A stretch of DNA of 64,000 bases from Eledone cirrhosa (lineage: Eukaryota), in contig OZ024742.1 of NCBI GenBank assembly GCA_964016885.1, positions 232,934,001-232,998,000 of the forward strand. Direction: 5' to 3'. Positions 53,901 to 64,000 of the stretch are shown here, piece by piece; the stretch's first letter is position 1, and each line of letters opens with the position of its first letter. The notes beneath the pieces were generated by a model. The model made no database searches and was not told the DNA's origin. It saw only the letters and a list, made by a program, of their open reading frames with translations. The position numbers and the translations under genes were made by a program.

Positions 53901-56900
53901 CACAGCTCGCTTACTCATTCAACTTTTTCATCACTTTCACAAAAAAATTGAACTTTCGCCATATTTTTTATACAAAGTGAATAAAGCCTTTCCTTCTTTT
54001 TCATCATATTATCACGTTCACACATAAATTTTTCAAAATGGCTGCCAACCACCTGTTCCACTATCATTTTCGACAGACATCTCGTGACGTCACAAATGCT
54101 TACATTTTCAGGACGGCCATCTTTGCTTTAATTTCGTTCCGCCATTTTTTCTCGCGCAAAAGAAATATTTTTTTTTATTCAACTTGACTTTAACCTTGTT
54201 TTGGCATGTGTGTGGGAGCACACATCTCGACTCACTGAGATAACACACGCCATAGATGTTTCTTGCCAAGGATTCTCCAGCCTTAAGCTATATTCTCCTA
54301 TTTGCCGGTTTAAAAATATACCACGTAAATTTGTCGTTGAAAACTGCGCATTTATTCAGAATGCTTGTTTCGATGGTCACTGGCCTCTTGACTCATCCAG
54401 GTCAACGCGTTCTCAACATCGACCATCAACTTTGGCTGTTATTTCTAGCACTTTGCACAACTCATTTTTTTCTGGGAAACTTTTTACTGTGAATTGAAAC
54501 AACTTCAAAAAGGCTATCTCACCCGTGAGACAACATCAACAACAACAACAGCTTCATCCGTGGTCTACCAACAACTAAAACCAGCAGAACCGACTAGGGA
54601 ATTTATTTTTACAGTTCTCTTCCTTTGAGAAATTTCCCACCAGCCTTCGGAGGTTGGTAATTTTACGTTTGAACACAGAACAGAAAATAACTGCATACAT
54701 TCTCTCTGGAAATTCATTTTTCAACCCTGTTCTTCTGCCGCAATTTGTGCTTACATGCCTGTGAACTTTATTTTGAACATTTGAACTTTCTTTATAATTA
54801 TGTTCGATAATTATGTTTCTTTGCTCCTTTGACCTCTTCTTTTAAGTTGGTTACATTGTATCTTTGTGTGATGGATAGATAGATGTCCAGTTGTTCTCTG
54901 GCTAAGAGCGGTTGGCTACCTTGATATCTATCATTAATTTTTGCATGCTTATATTTTGCTGTTTGCTTTTGTTGCAAACATTATTTTCTTTTTATAACTT
55001 TCATACCTGGTTTTTCGTATAACTTGCTCGCCATCTCACTGCATGCATCGTCCGTTGTATGGATTTTTTTTTTGTAAAAATCTGGCGGGAGGTAATGTAG
55101 TGAGGGCCTAGGGATGAACATGCATTCCGATCCTTTCTTACTGCTGTTTGCTAACATATAGCTCCAGATATGAACTAACATTTATGCACACACCAATCCA
55201 TCAATAAAACAATTGTTACGTTGATAAGCTCTGTTGTTTTTACTCTGATACAAATGCATACACTACCAATTTACTTCCAGTGAATTCAATGGAGTCATAA
55301 CATATAAAAAATAGAAGATATTCCCGTCAGACATTGACTAGCTATCCTTCTATACCTGATGACCATATCCCCTAAAAACCTTTTAAGGAATTACACCAGT
55401 CCAGCCTCCTGTTATTTTATAATATATATATATATATATATACAAGTGGAAGCTTAGTAAAATCAAAGCTTTGGCTGTGGCCAAGCAAAGTCGACCTACA
55501 ATAAGGAATGAGTAGCAAAGCACCCAATAAGGATAGGTCCTTAGAGTAATAACATACGTTTAAATAGCTTTAAATAGTAACCATACAATACCAAAACAAC
55601 GAAAGAACTAATCAGGTTAAAACAGACCTGGACAGATCGGACGATATTCTGCAATACATCTGAAATCATCTATCCAACTTACGCAAGTTGGATAGATGAC
55701 CTTTGGTTTAGTACAAAACTACATTGAATAAAATGGTTACGTTACTAAAATATAAAAGAAACAAATCTTACTAGCAAGATGATGCTGATCCTGTTCACTG
55801 CAACCCACCAACCTCACTTTTAAAACAGCAACAACATTGCGTTTGGGGTTTTTCTGTAACATAATATATATGTAAATAAGGTTACAAAATAAAAATGAAC
55901 TTCATTAACTCTTAACATCCTGTACAGCATGAAACAGCTTTAGCAAGACATTCTTTGAAAGTACAAAGCAGCAATATGAGAACATTACATTGAAAAATTT
56001 AAGTCATTAGTTTACTGCAAATTTTCTCAATTATTCGTTCTTTAGTAAAAATACTATGAGCATTTGAATTAAAAAACCCATTTATAGACATTTTCTGCTA
56101 AATCATTACAGGATGTCAAGAGCTAACTGACAAATGAGAGCAATCATCATCATTGGAAATTTAACATCTATTTTTCCATGCTTGTATGGGTTGAACAGGC
56201 CATGTCTTGCGCATATGTTATGTTTTCACATGGCTTTCTATGGGTGGATGCCCATCCTAATGCCAACCACTTTACTGGGTGGAATGGGTGCTTTTTGTTG
56301 TGGCACAAGTACAACTACCTTACAAATGGACTAGGTGTTTTTTTTTTGTCATGGAACCAACACTCCCATTTTACAGGGTTGATGGAGTGCTTTTTGTCGT
56401 GACACCAGCATGACCACCATACAGGCTGGACTGGGTGCTTCTCTCAGGGCACCAGCATTGTTGCAAAATATATATATCATCATTTAACATTTACTTTCAT
56501 TACTAGAAGGGTTGGATGGGTCTTCATAATCAGTCTGTACTGAAGCGGAGCTACTGACCACCCAGGCAGGCCGGGAGTTCACATCTTGCTTACATATCTT
56601 CCACATTCTACTAAGTGCATTTTACCATGGCACCAGCACTAGAGAGGTTGTCATGTTTTTGACACAACTAAAGAGTCCTCCCAACCCTTTGTTTGGCAAG
56701 TTGTCTACAGCTGGATGTCCTTCCTGACACCAACCACTTTACAGAATGTACTAGGTTGTTTATTGTGTAGATCACCAACACCAGGGAGGTTGTCATGTCA
56801 TTGACACACTGAAGGGCCTTTGTTTGGCAAGCTTCGTATGGTTGGATGCTCTATTACCAACCACTTTAAAGTGTGTACTGGAAACGTTTATCTTGCAGAT

Positions 56901-59900
56901 CACCAACACTACAGAGTTTGTTGTGCCACTGACACAACTGATCGGTCCTTTCCACCCTTTTAGGCATGGGTTTTACAGTGGATTGCCCTCAATACTGTCA
57001 ATACATTACAGGGTGTACCGGGTGCATTTTTGTGGCACTGTCACTAGAGAGGTTGTTTGTTGTAATCCTAATTGAAAAGCCCTTTCTGCTCTGTGGGGTT
57101 TGGAGTGGGGTCGAGAGGAGGAGATAAGTAGGAAATTATGGATGCATGGCGAATGTGGTGATTTGACAGGGTGATGTGTAGGGGGAAGGAGTGACTAATA
57201 GTTTAAGGGAGAGGGGATGTAGTGGTGGGGGTATAGTGATGGAGATGGAGAAATAACTAAGGGATGTTAGTGGAGTAGGTGCATAAAAATAGAGAGAGAA
57301 TAGCTACTCGGGTGTAATGGTGAGGGTATCTAAGGGCTTTAGAGGGGGGAATAGCTAAGGAATGATACTGGATATACCTCATTTTCATCTGAAAGGGCTT
57401 TCTGCAATTCTTCCTCTATTTTCTGATTTCTTAAGTTTTGGACAGTTTGCTTGTACTCAGTTAACAGTGATCTTTGATCTTCTGTAAGATATTCCTAGGA
57501 AAAAAGAAAGAAAATAATTCAAATAAATAGAAACTGTTATTAAAAAATGAATTCAAATCTGAGTTCAAATCCCGCTGAGGTTAACTTTGCCTTTCATCCT
57601 TACGGGGTCGATAAAATAAAGTAACAGTAATGTACTGGGTAATTGCTGGCCTTGTGCCAAATGTAGAAACAATTATTAAGAAATGAATTTAACCATTAGG
57701 GTTTTAGTCCACACTATGGTCATGTGGTTAGAATGTCTCAGGAAAGAATCACTGGACAGATTTTATGGGCAAAACCAACTGACAGGAGACCCAGAGCAAG
57801 ATGATTGGGTAACATCTGTAGTGGAACTACGTTATACCTCGCAACAGCAACATTTCAGTTCTCGTGTTGCAGTGCCTGTTTGAGTCCAGGTGAATTAAGC
57901 TGCATGTGCTGATAGCATGTTTTGGTACCTCGACCAGGTGAAAAGAGATCTCGCAGAATAGTACGATGTTTGAAGAACATATACTACAGACAAAACAACA
58001 TGTTGGTGTGTGACAAAGAAATGTGTGTGCATATGCAGGCATGTAATATAGCAAAAGAAAATGTGTGCGTAAAGTCATATATACAATGATAGAAAAAAAA
58101 TGAATGTTCATATACAGTTTAAAAGAAATAGATGTTCAAACATTGCCTGTAAAAAAAAGGAAGAAATAATTGTTTTTTAACAAAAAGTTCAATTTTTCTT
58201 TTCTTTGGGATAAGAATATTATCGTTCTTACTAGGAAACTAGTAAAGTTGTTGTTGTTGCTGCTATCGAAGCGAAGTCACAGTAAATCTTCAGTAGAATC
58301 GAAGTTGAGCGTGGAAGAGTTTAGAGTCAGCAATATGCAAGTCACGTCTGACAGCATAGTGTGGTGAGAAAGGCTGTGAGTTCGAATCATGTCGGACGTT
58401 AGAAATATTGATGAAAAGGCTGCCTCTAAAATTTCCAGGCCATTTTGGCAGCAATGACTGAAACCAGTTCGGTGGATCAGTTGGCTTCATCTGCTGATAA
58501 AATCTTGGAGTACTCCAGCAATTCTACCACTACTACCCCATCACGACTTGCAACAAATTCTTCACCTTCGCCTGTCGCATCGGTTTCAGCTAGCGTCATC
58601 TCGACCAATGAAGCCACACCCAAGGCCATCCGTGACCTAACGAAGGAGGTACAACTTCTTCATTTACCCAGATCGCGATCTCCCCGATAACGGTTGTGGA
58701 ATCGCTCGACATCTTCACATCGTCGTTTCCAACCTTCACCATCGCAAGCATGCTGGTACCATAGCCGTTTCGGAGCCTCTGCTCATAAATGTATCCAGCC
58801 TTGTTCTTTTTCACACCTGGGAAACAAAGTAACGGAGAATTAAGCACGTCTTCTCTGCAATGCTCTACCGAAAGTCGTGCAGTTTTCATTACAGATTCAT
58901 TCTCGCATGCACGTTGCCTCATCAATACAGGTGTGTCTTGAGAGAGAAACCTCCTCTCTCACAGATATCACTACAAGCTATAAACCATTCAGCTATCCCT
59001 ACGTATGGAAATATCTCTCGCTCTTTGGACCTGGCTTTACGTAGAAATTTCTCATGGATTTTCACAATAATTGATTTGCCATATCCTATTCTGGGTGCCA
59101 ATTTTTTGCATCATTACAATCTTATGGTTGATATGCGGACACGTCGTTTATTGGACGCAACTACAAATCTTTCTGCGCCTGGACGTACTTCAGTAATCCA
59201 GTCTTCTACATCGCTACTTCGGAGGACCCGTATCATGCGCTTTTGCATTCCTTTCCGGAATTAACTAATCTGAACTTTGCGGTAGATACCCTTACTCACT
59301 CTATCACGCATTTTATTGAGACTAAGGGTGCTCCATTTTTTTCACGCCCATGTCGCCTTTCTCCAGAAAAATTGAAAGCGGCTAAGGCAGAGTTTAATCA
59401 TATGCTGCAGTTGGGTATCATTCGCCCTTCTTCCAGTCCGTGGGCCTCTGCACATGGTGCCGAAACGTTCGGGAGACTGGCGTCCCGCTGGAGATTTTCG
59501 GCGATTAAATTCGATCACCATGCCAGACCATTACCCAATTCCTCACGTCCAGGATTTCGCTTCTTCGATTCACGGATGTACTATCTTTTTGAAATTGGAC
59601 TTGATCAGAGCATATCATCAAATTCCCGTGAATCCTGTGGACATTCCTAAAACTGCTGTTACTACACCTTTCGGTGCATTCGAGTTTTTAACAATGCCTT
59701 TTGGATTACGCAAGGCTGCTTAGTAACTTCCAGCGATTTATGGACAAAGTCATCCGTGACCTTCAGGAACTCCCTCCGCCTACTTCCTTGCGACAGCTAT
59801 GGCAGTTCTTGGGCCTCCTCAATTATTATCGACGGTTTATCCCGCATTGCGCAGAACTCTTAGCTCCACTGTCTGACCTCCTGTGTAACAGAAAGAAGAA

Positions 59901-62900
59901 CGAACCAATCGCTTTGGGACCCATGCAACTCGAAGCATTCTCCAAAGCTAAACAGAATTTAGCAAACGCATCTCTGCTTGCACACCCTGTATCTGGTGCC
60001 CAGTTTTCGCTGGTTGTGGATGCATCAAGCACAGTGGTAAGTGCAGTATTGCAATAGCTTCAACCTCTTGTTTTCTATTCAAAGCAGCTAAAGCCCACTA
60101 TAGCACCTCCGGCCGTGAACTGTTAGCCATTTTCCTTGCTGTCAAACACTTTAGGCATTCACTGGAAGGCCGGCAATTTACGATCTATACTGACCATCGT
60201 CCACTTACGTTTGCACTTAGTTCCAATCCGGACAAATACTCACCTCAAGAAACTCGTCATTTGGACTTCATATCCCAGTTTACGAATGACATTCGTCATA
60301 TTTCTGGTGAACAAAATTCAGCGGCAGATGCCTTACCTCGCCTACCCAGCACCTGCGACTATTGACACACACACACACAGATAGCGAAGTCAATGTCGTA
60401 ATGCAGACAGCCAGACATACAGACAGATATTATAAGAGCGAAACAATACAGAGAAGTACGGAATACCTCGGCCTCGGGATGGTGTCTACATTTTGTGCTT
60501 TCGTGAAATGAATACGTTTGTTTATATTTTATTATTGTGTATGCAAAAATATCTGTACACGAATATATAATTATATATATATATATATATTAAAATAACA
60601 GATTAAAGTTTAAGCAAAGAATCGCTGCTTTCACCCTTAATGGGATCTTCTGAAACTAAAAAAAATCAATCTGTGAACTCAGAAGTAAATATTTCGAAAA
60701 ACGTTACACACTATATATATATATATACACACACAGTGTCATAATGCAGACAGCTAGACATACAGACAGATATTAAAAGGGCGCAATGTTATATCTATGT
60801 ATCTATATTTTAGATAGAAAGACTAAGAATTATAGAGAGAGATCACTAAATCCCCTAATGCGGTCCCTAGGGCATTGAAAATTCGAAATACTTTTTACTC
60901 AAAACACTCATTTTACTTAACCCAGTACTTGACTGGTACTTTATTTTATCGACCCCAAAAGGATAGTACACAAAGTTGATCTTGGTGGGATTTGAACTCA
61001 GAATGTAAAGAGACTGCCAGTTTTGTTATTAGTTATTCTATTTAGTGCAAATAATGTTATCATAAAATGAGCTCCAACTTCTCAGCTGTAAAAGCAAACA
61101 TATATTAGTTATAATTTAGCAATGCATATCTGCTAAACTAAATATCTAAATAATGATATAGACAATATAGGGATGGTCATTTATTGTTTTGAAAGAAACA
61201 AATAAAAGCTTACATGAATACTTTCAGGATGCAAAGAAGAAACTACAGCGTCATAAATATCTTTGCCATTGTCCAAAATAGCAATATCCTTATGAGTAAA
61301 TGCCTTTGGTCTTATATCACATCCTGAAAAATTGACAACACAAGAAATACACAAATCACCAACATCGAAACTGATTTCAAAAAGAGAACACCACCAACAC
61401 CATGATCATTTAATGTTCGTTTTATCTGCTAGCAAAGGTAAACTATAAACTATTGATGTAGAAATTACCAATGTAATCAAATAGGAAATACAGAGGCTAT
61501 TAATAAATTGTTTAATGCTATAATTAATCCTCATAGCAATAATTCTGTCTTCTTTAGATACTACTAGCAGAATGGCTCGGCGTTGCTCGGGATTTGCTCT
61601 AGGGTTCTTATATATTTTATATATATTTATCCTTATCGAGCCGCGTGAAATAAATATGTTTGTTTATATTTTGTTATTGTGTATGCAAAAATATCTGTAC
61701 ACGAATATATAATTATATATATATATGTATATATATTAAAATAACAGATTAAAGTTTAAGCCAAAAATCGCTGCTTTCACCCTTAACGGCATCTTCTGAA
61801 AGTAAAATAAAAAAATCAATCTGTGAACGCAGAAGTAAATATTTCGAAAAACGTTACACTATATATATATACACACACACAGCTACGTCATAATGTTGTA
61901 ATGCAGACAGCCAGGCATACAGACAGATATTATAAGGCCGCAACGTTATATCTATGTATCTAAAAAGAGAAAGACTAAGAGAGAGAGAGAGATCGCTAAA
62001 TCGCCTAATGTGGTCCTTAGGGCATTGAAAATTTGAAATATGTTTTGCTCAGAACACTCACAGGACCATAAGTATTACATGTGTAAAGTTTCAAAACAAT
62101 CGGTTAGGTGGTTCTCGAGTTTTAGTGATCGGACAGACAGACAGACATTCTCTGTTTTAGATATATAGACATAGTTGCAATATCATAGTTAAAACGCTTA
62201 ACAACTTTTTAAAACTTTTGATCACAATTCTAGTATCCCCTAATATTGCAATCTGGCTTTCTTGTCCACTTTAGCAATATTTGGTCTCCTATATATCATT
62301 GGATGTTAAAATCCTCCATTATTTTAATGTTTTTTAGGGCGGTGGATTGGCAGTATCGGTAGAGGGTCGGACGCCATGCTTTCCAGCATAGTTACGTCCC
62401 TTTACGATCTGAGTTCAAATCCCGCCGAGGTTGACTTTGCCTTTCATCCTTACGGGGTCAATAAAATAAAGTACCAGTAATGCACTGGGTAATTGCTGGC
62501 CTTGTGCCTAAAGTAGAAACAATTATTTTAATGTTTTTTAGGACACACACACACACTATTCCTCTGATCCTTTATAAGTTAAACTTATCACATAATTACT
62601 ATGTGAAAGAGTCATTTTAGCCATTTTAAATGGTCAGTTGCAGAGGAACTGTGTTAGTGACCAGGTCATCAACAATGTGATGAAGATTTTGAAATAAATG
62701 GCATATATAAAGTAAAGTTAACATTTTTTATGTGTTTTTAAATAAGATAAAATGACTTCTTCATGCAATAATTATTTTAGTTTCAACATACAGATTTGGA
62801 TTAAATCACTTGTCAGACAAGTACAATTCCAAAACCTCATAGAATTCTCAGCAAACAACTTGAACCATACTACTAGATTTAATCCTCATATTTTCTAACA

Positions 62901-63690
62901 TCTTAAGGCCAGAAAAATGAGTTTAAAGATGTTATAAAGTTATATGTTGCAATGGGGCAGTACTGGTGTCACAATAAAATGCTCCCAGTCAACCCTGTAA
63001 AATGGAAGTGCAGGTGCCACAACAAATGCTCCCAGTACATGTTGTAAAGTGGTCGGCATTAGGAAGAGTATCCAGCTGTAGAAATGATGCCAAAAACAGA
63101 GCGTATGAGCAAGACATAGTCACCTGATCAGTGTCACCCATCTAACCCATGCAAGCATGGAAAATAGATGTTAAACGATGATGATAATAATTGTTTCTAC
63201 TTTAGGCACAAGGCCAGCAATTACCCAGTACATTATTGGTACTTTATTTTATTGACCCCGTAAGGATGAAAGGCAAAGTTAACCTGGGCCGAATTTGAAC
63301 TCAGATCGTAAAGGGACGTTACTATGTTGGAAAGCATGTCCGACCCTCTACCGATACTGCCAATTCACCGATAATAATGATGAAAATAGAATGTTCGCTA
63401 TACAACTGTTAATTAAGTTTAAAAACAGATACACTGAGTAAATTCCATGGTAACCATAATTAGGAAATATATACTTTTATAATACAATGAAAATTATTGT
63501 GTAGTGCTCAGGTGCACATAGAAGAATGTACAAAGATACCTCTGGATCCAATCTCTGTATAGCTTTGCTGCACCTTGCTATAAACTCTCTCAAGTGTTTC
63601 TTGTTGAATTCTTTTGAATTGTTCTTCTACTTTATGCTCATTATGGCTCGACCGGAAAATAGCTCTTGAACCGGATATTTTTTCCATGTA
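21337..63690 (-). CDS. BRCA2: BRCA2 orthologue, 3' portion (12 exons; Tower-OB2-OB3-TR2); 5' part lies beyond the window end
   Basis: Manually spliced GT-AG exons total 1353 nt in one frame ending in TGA. Peptides [68 protein letters not shown] and [12 protein letters not shown] match in order, as I recall them, human BRCA2 [63 protein letters not shown], AASNL and [12 protein letters not shown]. Confidence 0.95.
21806..21844 (-). CDS. BRCA2: Possible small BRCA2 exon ([13 protein letters not shown])
   Basis: ctcag acceptor, gtatg donor, 39 nt and frame-preserving; no recognisable homology, so optional. Confidence 0.45.
22672..22740 (-). CDS. BRCA2: BRCA2 exon ([23 protein letters not shown])
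   Basis: accag acceptor, gtaca donor, 69 nt, phase 0 to 0; position fits the post-OB3 helix. Confidence 0.75.
23723..23905 (-). CDS. BRCA2: BRCA2 exon ([20 protein letters not shown]...[22 protein letters not shown])
   Basis: attag acceptor, gtttg donor, 183 nt, phase 0 to 0. Confidence 0.9.
24370..24510. repeat. 40 bp minisatellite, about 3.5 copies
   Basis: AGATGTGTGTATTACCTGCTTATGTGTTGTATGTGGTCCT unit. Confidence 0.9.
27096..27397 (+). mobile_element. Probable solo LTR
   Basis: TGTAG...CTACA termini, CACA 4 bp TSD, internal TATAAAA and ATTAAA near the 3' end. Confidence 0.6.
27617..27695 (-). CDS. BRCA2: BRCA2 exon ([26 protein letters not shown])
   Basis: cttctag acceptor, gtaag donor, 79 nt, phase 2 to 0; resembles human YLSDECYNLLAIKFW. 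Confidence 0.9.
29727..30268 (+). mobile_element. RTE LINE 3' fragment
   Basis: Near-identical to 46680-47200; (GAT)n tail. Confidence 0.9.
30632..30890 (+). mobile_element. tRNA-headed CORE-like SINE (related copies at 35176-35430 +, 34142-34461 -, 15877-16197 +)
   Basis: A box TGGCTTAGTGG, B box GAGTTCAATTC, then TCCTTGAGCAAGACACTTTA. Confidence 0.8.
31135..31500 (-). mobile_element. RTE/RTEX-like LINE 3' fragment of a second family
   Basis: SETWMLS...[11 protein letters not shown]...DRLMWRSIV, then (GAT) tail. Confidence 0.7.
31605..33220 (-). mobile_element. Degenerate RTE LINE (EN to RT, internally deleted)
   Basis: [33 protein letters not shown]; many frameshifts. Confidence 0.88.
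33295..34085 (+). mobile_element. Degenerate R4/Dong-like LINE (RT plus zinc knuckle/REL)
   Basis: [49 protein letters not shown]. Confidence 0.8.
35901..36004 (-). CDS. BRCA2: BRCA2 exon (OB3 start, [34 protein letters not shown])
   Basis: catag acceptor, gtaagt donor, 104 nt, phase 0 to 2; EVDxxGxV motif. Confidence 0.9.
36491..36730. mobile_element. GC-rich solo LTR, 240 bp
   Basis: TGTGG...CTACA termini with 5 bp TSD GTATA; sharp GC contrast. Confidence 0.75.
37432..37564. mobile_element. hAT-type MITE
   Basis: 14 bp TIR CAGGCATGTCAAAC; 8 bp TSD CTCTAGAT. Confidence 0.92.
38344..38557 (+). mobile_element. tRNA-derived SINE with Meta-like domain (many copies, e.g. near 21.9, 23.5, 25.7, 30.9, 36.9, 37.1, 43.4, 49.7, 57.6, 62.3, 63.2 kb)
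   Basis: TGGCAGTATCGG A box, GAGTTCAAATCC B box, TTTGCCTTTCATCCTT...GGTCGATAAA core; ATTGTTCACCT flanking duplication. Confidence 0.85.
38671..38782 (-). CDS. BRCA2: BRCA2 exon ([37 protein letters not shown])
   Basis: ttacag acceptor, gtaag donor, 112 nt, phase 2 to 0. Confidence 0.9.
39938..40320. repeat. About 41 bp minisatellite, 9-10 copies
   Basis: AACAGGGAGTCAGATTATATCTACTTAATGTGGTGGTGTTA unit. Confidence 0.92.
40810..41585 (+). mobile_element. Old degenerate RTE LINE 3' half
   Basis: [28 protein letters not shown]; tail GGACGTAAAAATGACGATG. Confidence 0.8.
42668..43385. repeat. 45 bp minisatellite, about 16 copies, within an RTE-type 3' tail
   Basis: CACTTTACAGTGTGGACTGGGTGCTTTTTGCCGTGATTCCTACACGAC-like unit; preceded by the reverse-strand tail at 42515-42670. 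Confidence 0.95.
44733..47200 (+). mobile_element. Young 5'-truncated RTE LINE (RT, PHD-like Cys cluster, 3' UTR, (GAT)n), antisense in BRCA2 intron
   Basis: [42 protein letters not shown]; frameshift near 45010-45040 and stop at 46024. Confidence 0.95.
47679..47778 (-). CDS. BRCA2: BRCA2 exon (OB2, [34 protein letters not shown])
   Basis: tttag acceptor, gtaagt donor, 100 nt, phase 1 to 2. Confidence 0.94.
49551..49957. mobile_element. hAT-like MITE remnant interrupted by a SINE (49654-49867, minus strand) with 18 bp TSD
   Basis: AGGGGTCTCAAACT ... AGTTTGAACCCCCTG ends; ATTTTCACCAGTTATAAT on both sides of the SINE. Confidence 0.65.
50174..51145. repeat. Complex tandem repeat, three near-identical partial units (period 245 bp for the first two)
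   Basis: CATGTATACGTAATGTACGGATTTCATTTCTCTCC... recurs near 50228, 50473 and 50993. Confidence 0.9.
51146..52797 (+). mobile_element. RTE LINE with 5' UTR and intact APE endonuclease, internally deleted to the 3' end
   Basis: [41 protein letters not shown]; jumps near 52400 to the ORF C-terminus and (GAT)n tail. Confidence 0.92.
52908..52965 (+). ncRNA. Type I hammerhead ribozyme (AUA site)
   Basis: auac CUGAUGA ugucaccggauucauacugaacccggucauu GAAAU gauc AUA guau, followed by AATAAA. Confidence 0.7.
53088..55376. mobile_element. Unclassified non-coding element bounded by about 273 bp direct repeats
   Basis: 53088-53360 nearly identical to 55103-55376; CpG-richer interior without a convincing ORF. 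Confidence 0.6.
53955..54160. promoter_or_regulatory. Promoter-like cluster: YY1-type motifs in both orientations around a CRE palindrome
   Basis: AAAATGGCTGCC at 54035, GTGACGTCAC at 54084, GGCCATCTTT at 54115, CCGCCATTTT at 54139. Confidence 0.5.
55772..55853 (-). CDS. BRCA2: BRCA2 exon ([27 protein letters not shown])
   Basis: ttacag acceptor, gtaag donor, 82 nt, phase 0 to 1; resembles human RDVTTVWKLRIV. Confidence 0.9.
57378..57494 (-). CDS. BRCA2: BRCA2 exon ([39 protein letters not shown])
   Basis: Polypyrimidine plus cctag acceptor, gtata donor, 117 nt, phase 0 to 0. Confidence 0.92.
58230..60360 (+). mobile_element. Degenerate Ty3/Gypsy LTR retrotransposon (gag, PR, RT, RNase H)
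   Basis: [87 protein letters not shown]. Confidence 0.92.
60370..60910 (-). mobile_element. Partial Helitron copy related to 61564-62169
   Basis: 60505-60910 aligns by eye with 61645-62060. Confidence 0.75.
61214..61323 (-). CDS. BRCA2: BRCA2 exon (three-helix bundle, [37 protein letters not shown])
   Basis: tttcag acceptor, gtaagc donor, 110 nt, phase 1 to 0. Confidence 0.92.
61564..62169 (-). mobile_element. Non-autonomous Helitron
   Basis: Minus strand TCTATATAT...(TGTC)n start, CCCGAGCAACGCCGAG hairpin, CTAG|T end. Confidence 0.8.
62337..62522 (+). mobile_element. Full-length young SINE with TSD
   Basis: TTTTAATGTTTTTTAG on both flanks; inverted family copy at 63191-63370. Confidence 0.88.
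63540..63690 (-). CDS. BRCA2: BRCA2 exon (Tower start, [50 protein letters not shown])
   Basis: tttcaag acceptor, gtatc donor, 151 nt, phase 0 to 1. Confidence 0.92.
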
Positions 63691-64000
63691 CTTGAAAAAA
63701 AAACCTTCAGCAGATTATATTTGCAATTTGAAGAACAATGTAAATAAATATACAGGTTGATTTATATGATACATGGTTTAGTATTTAGCATATAACTTTC
63801 CGTTTACTAATGATTTATCCTAGGTCTTATAGAGAGTGTGTCAGATAATATATGGCTACATATAATTTATCCTTGAATTCCCCTCTTCCATGTCAGCAAG
63901 GAAAGCTGAGCTCACTCCTAACTCCACAATGCTGCCAGATATCACTTTTTACCCTAAGGTCACCCCACCCCTCCCTCTAGTAATAGACAGCCCAAACTCT

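Overview
AT-rich eukaryotic genomic DNA, most likely a coleoid cephalopod (Octopus-like SINE, RTE and microsatellite content; this is inference from repeat types). The only host gene I can support is the 3' part of a BRCA2 orthologue on the minus strand: 12 GT-AG exons from 63690 down to 21337, phase-consistent, 450 codons plus stop, covering Tower, OB2, OB3 and the C-terminal RAD51-binding (TR2-like) motif. The rest is transposon debris: CRE-like, RTE, R4/Dong-like, Penelope-like, Gypsy, mariner, hAT/piggyBac MITEs, Helitrons, solo LTRs and tRNA-derived SINEs. The most striking signal is at 5.9-15.8 kb: 13 type-I hammerhead ribozyme motifs of about 10 distinct sequence types, on both strands, in small Penelope-like or non-coding modules mostly separated by (TA)n tracts. 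Three carry a compensatory U3-A8 core and one pair shows stem-I covariation. A 14th hammerhead lies in a BRCA2 intron, next to a 2.3 kb direct-repeat-bounded element with a promoter-like core. All calls were made by eye with no searches run; transposon boundaries are approximate.
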